DNA from: Podarcis filfolensis
Taxonomy: Eukaryota
Strand: one strand, 5' to 3'
Assembly: GCA_964270895.1 (NCBI GenBank)
Contig: OZ185448.1
Length of the DNA stretch: 64,000 nt
Shown here: in pieces, positions 48,477 through 62,323 of the stretch
How the letters are laid out: the number at the start of each line of letters is the position of its first letter
Numbering within the stretch: the first letter of the stretch is position 1
Position numbers and translations under genes: made by a program
The notes under the pieces: model-generated
Database searches by the model: none
What the model saw: only the letters and a program-made list of their open reading frames with translations
What the model was told of the DNA's origin: nothing

Positions 48477-49959
48477 GTCTTGGTGCATGTTGGAAGCACT
48501 ATGGCTGCTTTCCACATTCACCCTCCGCAGGGGCTCTGGCGCATGCCTCTACCCTGGCTGCCCAGTCCCCCAGGAGGCTACCACACATGCAATGTCCTGG
48601 GTGCTAGCAACCCACGCCATGCCACTGAGTGTGGGGGAACCAATCTATTTTGGTGCTCACTGTTCACATGTGTAGACCAAGCCCACCCTCTTCCCCAGTG
48701 AAAAGTGATTTAAAGCAGGGGAAGGTTTTGCACTGCTGGTCTTCAGATCTGTTCCTCTGAGCAGCTGGGAGAGGAAACAAGGGAAGCGACGCAGTGGGTG
48801 CTGCACTGTGCAGTGCTTTCTAGGCAGTGCAGCTTTTCAGGTTTTGTTTTCATGAACAAACAGCCTTTGCCTCTGTAGAGGGAAGACCCTGGCTTGTGCC
48901 CAGCAGCCCTCTCAATGCCTGCCATTGTCCATAACAAAACAGAACAGCTGCACTTGGAGCATTTACAAATAATTGGGAGAAAATTTTTTTCTATTAAAAA
49001 GTTCAGCGTTTTCTCATTCATTTCTGTTCCCCCCTTTTTTTGCAACACACAAAGGTTAGTCTCTGAACCATCCCATAAGGTGTACGTGTGGACCTGAAGG
49101 CGAGCAGAAATTATACAGTACAATTATAGAACAAACTCATACAAAAGGGGGAATAATGGAAAATAATTGCATTTGTTAAAAAAGTGGGGTGGGGTGAGCA
49201 AAAAAGGTGGGTTTCATTAACATATAGCCAGGAAGCTCATTCTTTTGATTTGTACCTGGGAGAGGATTGTGGAGGACAGCGGGAAGTCAAAGGGTGGAAT
49301 TGGGGGAGTTGAGGAAGAAATGCTTCCAGCCTGCAGGCAGCCCCACAGGCAGAGTTCAACAGCTTTGCACACCATCCCTCCCCCAAGAAAAAGTTGTTCG
49401 GCAGACAAGAGTGTTCCTTGTAAGCCAACAGGTGCTCTCTAAGCTGTAAGGAATACAACAGCTTCCTTGGAGACAAGTGACCTTTATTTAACAGCTTAAG
49501 AGTTCTTCTCCCACTGCCCCTTCTGGAGTGGGACTTAGCAACACTACAGAACAATTTGTTGCAGGAAGTGAGGCATTAATTGCAACACACAAACACACCA
49601 ACCCTGCAGGGAGCTTATGATAAAGCCGAGTGCAATTATCCAAGCTGGAGTTCAGGCTTTTAGCTAATAGCTCTAAAGTGCTCTGGCTTTTTAATATTGC
49701 TATATAAATACTCTCCCATTCTCGAAATCTTAACTTCCAAAAGCATATATTTATCTCCGTGTGTGTGTTTCAGGGGTCTGTGACACAGCTGGCGATTTAG
49801 CGTGGTGACGTGGCTCAACTTTTCACAACCATCAATCACTTTTCCCCCCAGAGATGCAGCAGATTGACATAATTTGTGGACAGACATCCGGAACATTTTT
49901 CAGATATTGGGGACTGGGATGTTGCACATCCCCCCAAATGTTTTTTTTAAAGTTGTGTT

Positions 49960-50140
49960 AATGGTGGAAGAGCTTCTTCCTTGGAAGCAGAAACCACAGG
50001 TTCAATCCCCAACAGCATCTCAAGGGAGAGACTTCTCTCTGAAATCCTGGAGAGGCACTGCCAGTCAGTGCAGACAATACTGAGCAAGATAGACCAAAAA
50101 ATGTTCTGGCTCAGAATAAGACAGCTTCCTAATGTTTCTA
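49960..50140 (+). mobile_element. tRNA-derived SINE with L2-type tail (Squam3-like); a second copy lies at about 15425-15565
   Basis: GGTTCAATCCC B-box, then CTGAAATCCTGGAGAG..CTGCCAGTCAGTGCAGACAATACTGAGC. Confidence 0.65.
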
Positions 50141-51919
50141 TTTGAGCACAGTACAACACAGAGTGATAGACCACTCTCTCTACCTTTCTAAAACAAATTA
50201 TCTGTCCTCATTTTTTTTTTTAATTTCAAAAAGCCAATTCCAAAATACCAAAATACCAGAATCACACAGTTCCATTTTTAAGAAAAGGGGTTTTTTTTGG
50301 CAATCAGATATATGTGTGCATGCAAAAACACTATAAATTATGCTTCTGTATTAGTGACAAAATGCTGCACAGGTCTATTGGAATCAAGACGAGATTTGGA
50401 CATAGGTTGCTTAAAAGTGATATTCGTTATAAATTTAACCACCAAGAGTGCTGAGCCAGATGGTTTCAAGTTCCCAAAGGGCAAGAGCTGGTTCCATCTC
50501 CTTCCCAAGCTCACAGGTTAATCTACTCTGCATTTGCTGTGCTCCTCACTTTTTCTGCAGCTCATAGCAAGTCGGGAAAGGAGGGAAGGTTGTGGAAGCA
50601 ACACCTTAGAGGGGACCACCCTGGTAGACTGCTCTCTTTACCTGCCACTCAAGAGCAGCCCGTGTAGGTGTGATTCTTTCCCCAGAGCTGCTTTCTGGCC
50701 TGTATTTTAGCACATTTATATCCTGCCTTTCCTTCAAGGAGCTCAAAGTGGCCTTCTCCACCCCTGCTCCATTTTATCATCACAACAACAATGTGAGATA
50801 GGCTAGGCTGAGAGATAGCAGTGACTGGTCCAAGGTTACCTAGGATGCTTTGTGGGTGAATGGCCCATTGGTCTGTGTCTCCTCCCATCTTCTCACATGA
50901 CCCTGGTCCTTCCCAGCTTTCCTGACCGAGCACCTCTTCCTCCCCATTGCTGCCTGCAGGTGCCGGGCTGAGGTCCCCAGTGGGGATTGCAGAGCAGAGA
51001 AATGTATGCAAAGCTCCCAGATTCTTGGTTTTCCCCCTGCCCCTCTTGGGTGAAGCTCTTCTTCCTCCCCACCTCCTGAGGTGCCCTCAGAGTCTCTCTT
51101 TGCTTTCCATTTTCTGAGTGTCACCTCTGTGTGAATGAAACCCACACTTGTTACTGTGTGTGTGTTGACTTTGGCATTTTTTTTGCTGTATTTTAAAAAT
51201 GTTGCCAGCATCTGCATGTACTGCAAAAATTAAATTAGGCTTGGATTTTATTATCCCTTTTATTTAATTTATCTTAACTGTTGCTTTCAAGCTGTGAACC
51301 AGCTGTTGACTGTGAAAAAAGGAGCATTTTAAAGCTTCCTGTAATGGATGCAAGTAATCACTCTGGCAATTATAGTCACTGTTATGCTCCTGCTCTGTGA
51401 GCTGTCATGAGCTGGCCAGAGTCTGACCGAGTGGCTGAGATACCTCGGAGGAAGGCGAGGGGACCCCGGATCCAAAAACTAGTTGCGCGGGATCCACTCT
51501 GGGGAGGGGGAAGAAGGAGAAGAAGGAGGAGAAGCCACTGGACTGGGCACAGCACTGAGCCCAGGTGCTATGAGAAGGCATTGCCTTGGTCCTCCTCGCA
51601 AGGATGGTTTTGTTTGACCTCTCAAGCACAACTGCTGGTCATGACCAAGAGAGTCTGCTTATGCCTTTATGAAAAACCCTACCGGGGAGCAAAAAGCTCT
51701 TGATGCAGAAGTCTTTGCACAGACAGAGATCTCCCTCAAAGCTACACCTTGAACTGTCCTCAAGTGAGCACTGTGACAGATGAACAGCTGGCCTTGCTTG
51801 CTGGAATGTTGTCCTGGGCTGTGAGAGCAGGTCCAGAGTTCAGGGATGGAAGGAGGACCATGGACAGCTCAGCATGACGCTGGGAGAAAATCAGGCTCTA
51901 AAGAGAGGCTGCATCAGCA

Positions 51920-52290
51920 CCATAACAATTCAAGGTGTTGGTGCTGACCTTTAAAGCCCTAAACGGCCTTGGTCCTGTATACCTGAAGGAGTGTCTCCAC
52001 CCCCATCATCCAGCCCAGACACTGAGGTCCAGCGCCGAGGACCTTCTGGCGGTTCCCTCGCTGCGAGACGTGAGGTTACAGTGAACCAGGCAGAGGGCCT
52101 TCTCGGTGGTGGCGCCTGCCCTGTGGAACACCCTCCCAGCAGGTGTCAAGGCAATAAACAACTATTTTACTTTTAAAAGACAACTGAAGTTTTAGGGAAG
52201 TTTTTAATGTCTGATGCTGTATTGTTTTTAATATTCGGTTGGAAGCCCCTCAGAGTGGCTGGGGAGACCCAGCCAGATTGGCGGGGTATA

Positions 52291-52335
<45 letters not shown>
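51920..52335 (+). mobile_element. L2 LINE 3' end with (AAT)n tail
   Basis: GCTGACCTTTAAAGCCCTAAACGG..GAGGGCCTTCTCGGTGGTGGCGCC..TGGAACACCCTCCC, the typical squamate L2 3' end. Confidence 0.8.
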
Positions 52336-52336
<1 letters not shown>

Positions 52337-54101
52337 CATTGAAAGCAAACTGTAGGTGGTCAAAGGTGCTGGGGGTGATCTACTGTAGATGATTAAGGGT
52401 GAGACGTGAAGTACAGTTCTTAGGATTATTGGGGGGAAGCTATGTGTGTGTGTGGTGTGGATGTGACTAGAGACTGTTTTGTTCCAGGCAGAGTCCTCTG
52501 ACAGGACCTGAGAAGTAGAGTCAGGCCAGGTTAGGAGGCCAAGCTAGTGGGTAGCGCTAATTGGGAGACAAACTAAGCTGCCTTCAGTCTCTTCTCCTGA
52601 CAGATCCATAGAAGGCCTGAGGCACAGCCCACAACCATACAGGGGCTTTATCTGTGCAGATGACCTGCATCTTCCTTTCTGGCTCAACGAGTGTGACTGG
52701 GGAGGCCAGAGGGGGCCTTTAGCAGCCGTGCTCCATTCTTCCTTGCCAAGTCATCTGCTAGCGTGGATGGGCATGTAAATGTGGCAGAGTGCTGGTTACT
52801 CACATCTACAGAGTCATGGTGCTGAAGAAACAGAGAAGACAGCTCAGCTGCTGTCTGAATCACCCCTGTGAAGGCACCGCATGTTGCTCAGATATACCAG
52901 ACCTCACGTAGAAGACTATGAAAGCAGCTCTCACACAAAAATTCTCAGTAATAAAATTGTTGCTCATTGCACCAAGGGGACATTTGCTACCAAGGGCTTT
53001 GCTGCTGTTTTGTGGAAAGTGCTGCCCCCGTTCTCTCTCACACAAACATACACACAGGTATCTTGCCTTGTATTATTATTGTTGCTGTTAATTGCTATTA
53101 AGATGCCACAGGGTGGTTTACAATTTAACAAGCACATGAATGTAGAGGACATTCTGCCACCACAGGCCTGGATACCTCAGGTAGCCCCACACAGCCAGGC
53201 CCAGATCTGTCAGGTGGATGGACGTGAGCTGTGGGGTTGACAATTTCTCTCCTCCATTTCTTTTCCCTGAAATGGAGTCTCACCATGACATGCCCCTGGA
53301 ATTGGTGCTAGTCACATAAAACATTCATTTATGAGGTTAAATACAGGTCAGATTGTACATGTACTTTGGACCTCTCCCTCTCTCTGATTCAGTTGCAAGA
53401 ATCCAAGTTTGGGTCTTCTTGATTGCATTTCGGATCTCACCATGCCTAGGAGGGACTTAAGGGTGTTGATTTTCACTCCAAAACTCCCAGCTGGTGGTGT
53501 CTGATTTTATTTATTATTCACAACTATATTTATATATTGCTTTATTAAAAAAAAACCCAGAGTGGGTCTAATTATTGTACATAAAACCATACAATAAAAG
53601 TCATAAAAGGTTAAAGTAAGGCATCAGTTCACCATTGTGGTATATTCTTAACTGCCTGCATAGACCTGGCAGAATAGAAAAGTTGACACGGAAGGTGCCT
53701 GATGAATTTCTACTGGCAGAGTATTCCACAGGACTGGTCAAACGAGCTTAGACATTTTGGGTCTCTCCAAATGATTTATTTAATAATTACACAGCTATGG
53801 CTCAGATTCCTTTGCACAGTTTCTTACCCAAGGCTGTGCATCTGTTGCCTGGACATTTCATTTTCCTGTCCACAAGTCTCAGTATTTGATTGAGGCGCAG
53901 AAGCCAGACTTTTCCACCCAGGTGTTTCTGTTGCTCTTGCAAGTGCTGAGAGACAGACGAATGAACCACCTTCCTTGACATCCAAAGCACTGGGTAAGCT
54001 TTGAACAAGTGCTATTTATTACTGACACCAGAGTGGCCGATTGGTGCACAGAGATGACACTCCCCCAGCATGAGGGGTCACTCAGATTTTTCCTAGCAAG
54101 G

Positions 54102-54567
54102 CAGTGGTTTTCAACCAGTGTGCCGTGGCACCCTGGGGTGCCTTGAAAGATGGTCAGGGGTGCCGTGGGCAACGCTGGCCTCTGTCCCTCTTCCCTCCCT
54201 TCCCTCCCTTCTCTGATGCCTTCTTGCGTCTCTGCCTCCCAAAGGCTTGCACAGCTGTTTGTTGCAGCAGATTGCCTGGCTACAAGCTCCCCAAGCGAAT
54301 GGTGCCTCTGGGGCTGGCCAGGGGGTGCTCCTCTCTTTGGGGCAGGGGGGACAGCTCAGAGACCAGGGGTGGCTTCCCAGAGGAGAGGGGAGAGGAAAGG
54401 AGGCTGAGGGAACCCTCCACAAGGGGGGATGTTTGAAAAGGGGTGAGGGGCTGTCGGCTCTGCAGGCAAGGGGTGACATAACTGGGCTCCTGAGCCCTAC
54501 AGGGGTGCCAGAGAAAGAATGTAGTTGGTCAAGGGAGCTGTAGACCCCAAAAGGTTGAAAATCTCTG
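54102..54567. mobile_element. Older hAT (Charlie-like) non-autonomous element
   Basis: Ends CAGTGGTTTTCAACC / GGTTGAAAATCTCTG with a degenerate TSD. Confidence 0.65.
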
Positions 54568-54575
54568 TTTTAAGG

Positions 54576-54699
54576 CAGTGGCGTAGCGTGGGGGTGCAGG
54601 AGGGGCCGGCCGCACCGGGCGCAACATCTGGGGGTTAGGGTTAGGGGGCGCAAATTACTTGCCTTGCCCCGGATGCTGACAACCCACGCTACGCCACTG
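54576..54699. mobile_element. hAT MITE, same family as 3547-3715, opposite orientation
   Basis: Perfect 17-bp TIRs and 8-bp TSD TTTTAAGG. Confidence 0.92.
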
Positions 54700-57600
54700 T
54701 TTTAAGGAGTTGACCAGAAGGAGTGTGTCTGAATGCTACCACTAACCTCTGAGCTGTTCTGCTCGCTGGGGGAAGCACACATCACCCCTCATCTTTCTTA
54801 TTTATTATCTATCTATCGATCTATCCCCCCCCTCATCTTATTTACTGCAATGTTTAGCTGCCCAGAGTATTTGTGAATGGCACAGAGAAATGAGCACACC
54901 TGAGAGTTTGCATTGCATCGCAGGGCCAGGGATGGAGCTGTTTGACAGTGTCTTGAGTGTGAGAGTTGGCTCCCATCCCTTCTGGATTGTGGGAAAATCC
55001 TTCCTCTCACCCCCCCCCACCCCCGTCCAATGTAAAGCAGGCAGTGCTCAGGAGTGGGAGGCAGAGTGTTCTGCAAAGCTAAAAGCTTCCCTGGCATCCC
55101 TGGATACCTTTTAATGCAGGCAGCTGCGATTCCTCTGGGGATAGCAAATGAGACACATAAAGTGTAATGCCCTATGAAATCACAAAGAGACATTCTCAAC
55201 AGATGAAAAAAACAACAACTTTAATATAAAAATAAAAATTGATAGACTCTGCCTTTGGTAATCCAAAAAGCAGGTATTACTTTAACAATATCCATTACTA
55301 TCTGTAAAGTATATTTCAGCCCTTAAGTGTACCTGTCATTTTCCAGTTTAAAATGAGGAGATGCATATTTCTTTGCGTCCTTCAGGGAAACAAGATGGCT
55401 GCCAAGTGGTTCCCTTGGGAATGGTGGCAACTGAACTCGGCACATCATCTTCTCCTTTGGGAAGGACAGAGGTGTGGTCCTCATCCTTCCACTGCTTTTG
55501 ATGCATCTTCCCACTCCCCTGAGCGTCTTGAGGAGTGTCTTGTTTCGCTTGCACCATTGGGTGGTGGTGGGTGGACCCCTTGTGCCCAAGGAAGGAATCT
55601 CACTTCCTTGTGGGGGCAGAGATGCCTATAAAACAGACCGTGTCACCATAGGCTGAAACACTCCCCGTTTGGGAGGGTCCTTGCCCAGCTTACTAATTAA
55701 TGTAACAACCAACGTAAAATGAAAATGGGGGAAATGAGGTAAAACAGAACGAAAAGTTTTCTGGCATCTTAAGAAACTAAAAAAAAAGGCTTATGGCATA
55801 AGCTGGACTAGGGTCCTGTGAGAGGGAAGCATCGTTATTTCACAGCGGGAGGCTTTGGCAAAAGTCCTTTGGTCCTTTTCATCTTCAATGGATTTTGCAT
55901 GGGGACTGATTTGTAAATCTGGGGACTGCCCCTGGAAAACCAATGTAAGGTCTGGTAACCTTACATTGGGTGGTTGGTGGATCATGGAAGATGCCCTCAA
56001 CTACTCAGGGCAGGGCAGGGCAGGGCAGCTACAGAGAATAACTTCTACAATGGCCTGGCAAACTAATGTCCAAGTCTGGCTCTTTGTTCCTAACTGCACT
56101 GCAGGAGGCTCACATGCCTGTAGCAGCTGCTGTTGTGGTGGCATCTCCCAATCCAATAGAAGGAAGCTGTCTTTTAGTGCTGCTGCCTCCCTCCCCACAA
56201 GTTGGCTTGGTGAGTCTCTTTCTTCCTTGTGCCATTCCTGAGTGAGCCCCTGATTCAAAGAGGCCACTGAGTATTTTCTTCAAGGAGGAGCCTCACTTCC
56301 CTCTATCTTATTTCTCCCAGAGGTCCAACAGGTGGAGTTGGGCTGCATCTCATTTTTTCTTCTATCCAGATCTGCAATTGTGAGCAGTGCTGGAGGCTGC
56401 TGGAGGTAGTCCAGGACCCCCTGCCTGTCTCTTTCCCTGGGCCAGGGGTCAGGGCTGCCCATCTTTTCAGCTTGGTGGTCTGGATCTGGGTAAGGGGAGA
56501 AGGTGCAGTCTGGAGGTTCGAATTCAGAACTGCAGTTTCCCCTCCAAACTAGATTCACCTTGCAAGACGCCCATTTAGCTCAGGCAAAAGAGTCTCTCAT
56601 CCCAACTGTTAATTCTGGGTCATGGGATTTCCTCTGTCAGCAGGTTGTGCATGGAAAGACCACAGTTTAATCCCTTGACAATGACAGTGAGGGGCTTGGC
56701 TATGATGAGGGGCGGCCTTTTTACCACCCCCCAGTGCTCTCCTGCTTGCCCACCTGCAGGGTTGCTTTCTGCATCATGCCTAAGGCACAAGTGATCTCCT
56801 AGAAAGGGACACCCCCAGTTTGTGCTCCTCGTTCTGCTTTTCCAGCTTCCTAGTGGGGTTAAGGGGCCACCCCAGGTCCTAAATTTCCCTGTGCAGCGAG
56901 CTACCAATTTACATGCAACAGAAACAGTTCCTGGGAACTTAATTAATCATAGTTTACGTACTAACAATGCTTGAAATAATTTGTATGGGCAAATAATGGG
57001 TATTCCCTACTGTGGAGGGATTTGTTGGTACCAATGTGCAATTATTTAAAAAGGCTTTTCCTCCATCAAATGATTAGATCTTCAGAGGTAATTTGGAGGG
57101 GAGCGGTTGAAAATGGTGACTTGCCCTGAGCGCCCCTGGCCTAGGAGGGGCAGCAGGAGGAAAAAGGCACCCAAAGGACCTCTGCTTGTCAGCCACTGCA
57201 GGCAGCCTGGCTTTGGGCCCTACAGGTGACACCCACCTGGGGGCTTGCCCTTCCCTCCAGCACTGGGCAGAGGAAGAAGCTACTTCCACCCTTACCCCAG
57301 ATTCCTTTCCCGACATCCTTGCAGCCAGCTGGGTTTTGGACACAGTAATGTCCATGGTCAGGGGTGGGTTGATACTGCTCTCCACCTCCACTACACTGCT
57401 CTCCACCTCCACTACCTCCAGGTGAGGATGAGCCCATGGGGGTGGGAAGCCCACTCAGGTCTCAGGTAGGGGACTGAGAAACCGGGAACATGCACCCGAT
57501 GTAAAGTCAAGGAGCAGAGAGCAAGAGCTGCCAGGCTGCCCCAAAGGGAATGACAACTCACTTCGAAGTGTAAGAAATAATGATGCAGCCAGCATCCCGT

Positions 57601-58949
57601 CCTCTTTCTGCTAACTCTCATCAGGCACGCCACTGTTGGCACGAGATCCATCAACAACCCTCTGAGCAGAAGCCTTGCCAAGGGCTCTGAGTGCCTGTGC
57701 TTGGCGCTGGAGTTTGAAAAGGCCTCACGGAAGGCTCAGTATGCCTGTGCTGGCTGCTGGAAGTTTCTATGAAGAGCCACTGGGAAATGCCATTAAGGCT
57801 GGCTTAGCAGCATCTTTGTCGGGCTCCCTTGCTGTGACTCAGACTCTATTCCCAGCACCCACCTGGGGTGTCCTCCAGCACAGCAGCGCCTGTGCACCAG
57901 GGAGCCGATGCCACTCAGAGCTCCGCCTTTAGAAGCACGACTCAATAATTGCACTGCTCCTAATTTACCCTTCCTTGTGCACTTCCCTATGGTTCCCTTT
58001 TATTTAAGGCTCTGCTTCAGTGCCGTAATTACTCCTTTAATCTGCAACGTCTCTGTCTGGAGCTCCCGGCCACCTGCAGGACCTGAGCCATAAACAAGCC
58101 ATGGCATCTCCACAGCGAGGTTCCTGCAAGAGCGGCTCCCTAATCAAATAAAAGGCAAATTAGATATTAGGAAATGGCTTTAAATCACATCTGGATTCCT
58201 GGAGAAATTCATCTTGCGTTAGGGGCTGAGTGAGTTTGAGATGTTTAATACTGCTGAGAAATGGAAGAGGCTGCAAGGAAGGGGGTGGGGAGCCTCTGTG
58301 TGATAAAGGCAGATGAAATGCAGACGTGTCCCTGGCAGGCAGACGGGACCAGGGACAATCAAATAAAAGCAAGGAAGAACATCTGCCGCTGCGTAAATCC
58401 TCCTTGTCCCTGGAGCGGAGGGGAAAAATTCACAAAATGAAGGAAGTAGAGACTGCTTTGGGCACTTGGCCCTCCCTTTGACTCTTCTCACAAATGCAAC
58501 CTCCTCCTGCTCTGCAACAGGCAGCCAAAAGAGGCCCACAGAACCTCTTGCAGCTTCCCACTGCAACACCCCAAATGCTATTCTAGACTGATGAGGTTAG
58601 GAGAGCCAGAGCAGTAGAATGGAAAGTGGGTTGGTTGCTGAATGGCAAGGAGGGGAAGATTTCCCCACCTGGGCCCATGTTCCCTTCTGGGAAACCTCCT
58701 GCCAGTGGTGGGCGTGGCCAGGGACAAAGGTGGGTGGAGCAAGGGATGTGAATGGAAGTGTGGCTGGAGAGGAGGCTTGTCCTGGGGAGAATCCTGAGGG
58801 CCAGGAAGAGACACCAGGAGGGCCGCATTGGGTCCGCAGGCTTGATGTTCCCCACTCCTGTTGAATGGAGACTGGGGAGATGTGAGTGCTGTTGAATGGA
58901 GACTGGGGAGATGTGAATAAAGAAAAGTTCCAGGGCGGCAATAGAAAGC

Positions 58950-59395
58950 AAACTAAAAATGCTTTTGCAGTTCATCAAAACTATCCAGCAATATCAAGTT
59001 ATAGGAAAACTGGTGCTATTAACAGTAATCCTTCTAGTTGGTTAATTGGTTCAGCAACTTCTCCACTTTAGGCCTGTGGAGTTAAATGATAACTAATCAG
59101 AGGCAGCTACAGGAGAGCTATGAGAGTCAGGTGAGGGTCAGATGCCTTGTCAATCCCAGCAGGTATATAAGAGGACAACCCGGCCTGCCCAGATCTGAAA
59201 GGTGTGCTGAAGAGTTTGCTAAAACAGTCATAGCAGATACAGCTGTTGTTAGTAACTCAAAGGTTTGGGAACCTTCAAGCTTCCAAGAGGCCCGGAGTTT
59301 AACCTCAGAGGATGCTGAGCCATGGTTAAATGCCATGAAGGCTAAACTTGATTCCTTAGAGAGGAACAAGACATGGGAACTAGTTCCAGGCCTGC
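58950..59395 (+). mobile_element. Ty1/copia retrotransposon pol remnant, internally deleted
   Basis: SSWLIGSATS resembles a degenerate copia protease WxxDSGAT motif. It is followed by EPSSFQEA..WLNAMKAKLDSLERNKTWELVP, the typical start of copia RT. Confidence 0.8.
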
Positions 59396-62323
59396 CCAGG
59401 CCACAAAAGATTTACAAAGTTCAGTTATATCCCATGTCCTTTAGAGGAGAAATTGTGAATTGTAGAATTTTAAATACCTGTCATCCTTGGCTTCACGCAA
59501 TTTTGTTTATAACACTCTTCCATTTTCTTCTAGTTTGAGGGTGGGAGATGGGGAGGGGCCTAGGGCCTCTCTTCCATCTAAATCCGGCCCTGCTTGGCAG
59601 GGTGGCAAAGGTGATGGCAGCCCCAGCAGCAGCTCCGTCCTCAGGGCTTGTGGCTGAGGCTCCTTCCGGACTGGAGCACCTCTGCCTTTCCCGCCCTTGA
59701 CCTGGCCAGTGGCATCCAGAGCAACAGCAGCCCCTGCCCCTGTTTGGGATGCTGCCCCTGGGGGATGCTGGCAGTCCTCCTCCTGCAGCCCTGAGCAAGG
59801 CCCGGGAACTCCTGCAGGGGGCAGCATGCCCCAATGGATGCCTCTGCTGAGGGGAGCCGCACTTGGTATTCCAGCCATGTCAAAGGCAGAGCTACTGAAA
59901 TGTAAAAAAAAAAAAGCGGAGAAGGAATCGGTAGTAAAACTCTTGGCTCGGCGATAAGGGGCCTGGCTTGGGCGAACAGAATGATCCGCCATTCCTTCTC
60001 GTGCTGCAGCAACGGAGATTTTATCCCTCCCGTGTCCTGGCTCCTTTTCCCCCTTGCGGCTGCCCGACGTGGGTGCGGAGGCTGCTCCCACAGAGCAGGG
60101 GGCTCTCTCGCGCCTTGCTTTGCTAGGCTTTGCTTTTCTCGCGCGCGCTGTCTGCTTCTTCCAGCTCCTTCGCCCGCGTGACTCAGGCAGGTGCCTCATC
60201 CAACAACTCACAACAGCGCCAGAATGCTCCTCCAGGCTGCTCGCTCCGTGTCAGATTTCCCCAGGGCTCCAGGCTGCTAGTGGAGCAGAAAATCACCTGT
60301 CCCAGGCAGGTGTGCCTGCGTGCCTCACTCCGGAGAGTCGACGCAGCTTCTGTCTAACACTGATGGGGTACAACCCCATCAGGCCGTGCAGCCTCCTGGG
60401 GCTACTCAAACCAGACCCTCCCTGGGGCCAGAGGAGGAGGAGAGATCTGTCGGTGCCATGCCTTGTACAACTGTATGGCAAGGAGGCCACTTGTGGTCTA
60501 ATGCTACCTGGGAACTGCTTGCACTCCATCCTTCTCAACGCTTTCAACCCCAGGATAGGAGGAAATTCTAGGGCTCTCAGGGAAATGCTAACACCGGGGA
60601 CACCAAGATAGCGTCCTGTTTCCTTGATGCCCCCTCCTTGGGGTGCAAGAAACCTGCTTTCCTCTGCCAAGCTCCTTCAGAGTTTCTATAGGACAGGAGG
60701 GCTAGCAGCAAGCTGCCTTCCCCACCCTGTAGTTTAGTGCAGCCTGCTCCCCCCATGAAATTCCCCCTTCCAGCCCAGTGATTAAGCAGGTGGAAGAAAA
60801 CCAGAATCCTAGAATTGGCATAAACACCCTTCAGCCCCTCCAGCCAAATTGCATGAAATTTTATTATGAATCGAGGTCCCTTCCAACTTTACAATTCTTT
60901 GATTCTATGAAATGGCCAAAGCAGACTGGAGAATGAAAGGAGGAGCTCTTTGGTTTAGCTCTTCCTCTGCTGGCATAGTTCCTTCCAATCCAGCTTCTGC
61001 TCTCCTCAGGAGCAACAGGGCGCAAGGAGACAGGGGTCACTTGCAGGGTTTTCTGATGGGCAATGGACCCTGAGGTCTGGAAGGCTAAAGGTACCATTTT
61101 ACCAGCCCACACTTCCCTTTGAAGGACTTCCTCCCTATGTTGGGTTGAGTTACAGATGACACTCTTTCAGTCAATCAGATCACAGGTCACATTTGCAAGT
61201 TAACCAGTGTGACCCCCTTTCTGGGAGTTGGGGAGGTTACAGACACCCCTGGTGAGCAGGGGAAGATGGCTAGCTGGCACTGTTGGAAATTGCCCTCAGG
61301 ATTTTGCAGTCTTCCTGCTGGAGAGAACATATCCTGTGCTTGTGGATTTGGGTCCGTGGTTGGAGTCCGTGCTTGGCTCGCTCAGGCTGAATGGAGGGCA
61401 AGGGAGCAGAGCTCTTCCTCATCCTGTCTGCCACCAGCACCACTAGCTCACCTGGCAGGCAGGTGGGCAAACGTGAAGACACCCAGTGTAGCAAAGGAAA
61501 TGGATCAGAGAAGCTGCTTCCCAAGTTAGAATCATAGAAAGGTGTGGTCATTTTCTCTTCCTATGTTTATATTCCAACAACACAGTTTATTGGCACTAGG
61601 AAATAGACAAGAGGACTTTTAGTAGCTTGGTCACAATCTCCAAAGCAAATTGCAGAAGTACTTATAAAACCAGTTTATTGAGGGGGAAAAAAATAAACAA
61701 GCACAAACCAAATGCAAGAAATGAGAAAAGAACCACCCTATGATGAGAGCTAATCTGTACATTTTGTTCCTCTGCAGCCTGTTGTTACCAAGCCTACACA
61801 TATTTTCCTGATCACACATTACATGTTTATACATATGTGACATTAACATGTGTCCTGCACTCTCCTTCAATTATCAGGGGCAATGAAGAAGCCCCACTGA
61901 GCCCAATTTGGCTTCAAAATAATTCTGCAGCTTCAATTGCCAAAATTTTTACAGATAGTAAAATGGTTGGTCTGGGTGCAAATTGTGCCTGTTCCACAAA
62001 CAAACATTGTCTGGGCCAGCAGATGACACTCAACTTGTTGCTGCGATAGAGACAGAGACAAAGGGAGAGCAGATATTGCTGTCGCCATAGGAGGAGCAAA
62101 ATAAGGGTGCAGCAGGTGGGCACAGAGGCCTGGACCAGGGTTAGCCAATGTGGTGCCCATCAGTTGTTGTTGGACTCCATCTGTCACCATTCCTGCCCAT
62201 TGGCCATGGTGGCTGCTGGGAGTTAGAGTCCAACCATCAATCTGCATTGTACCGTGTTGGCTACTAGATGAACCAGGTGAAGCTCAGGTGCAGACACAGG
62301 GCACAGATTGTCCAGGATAGTGT

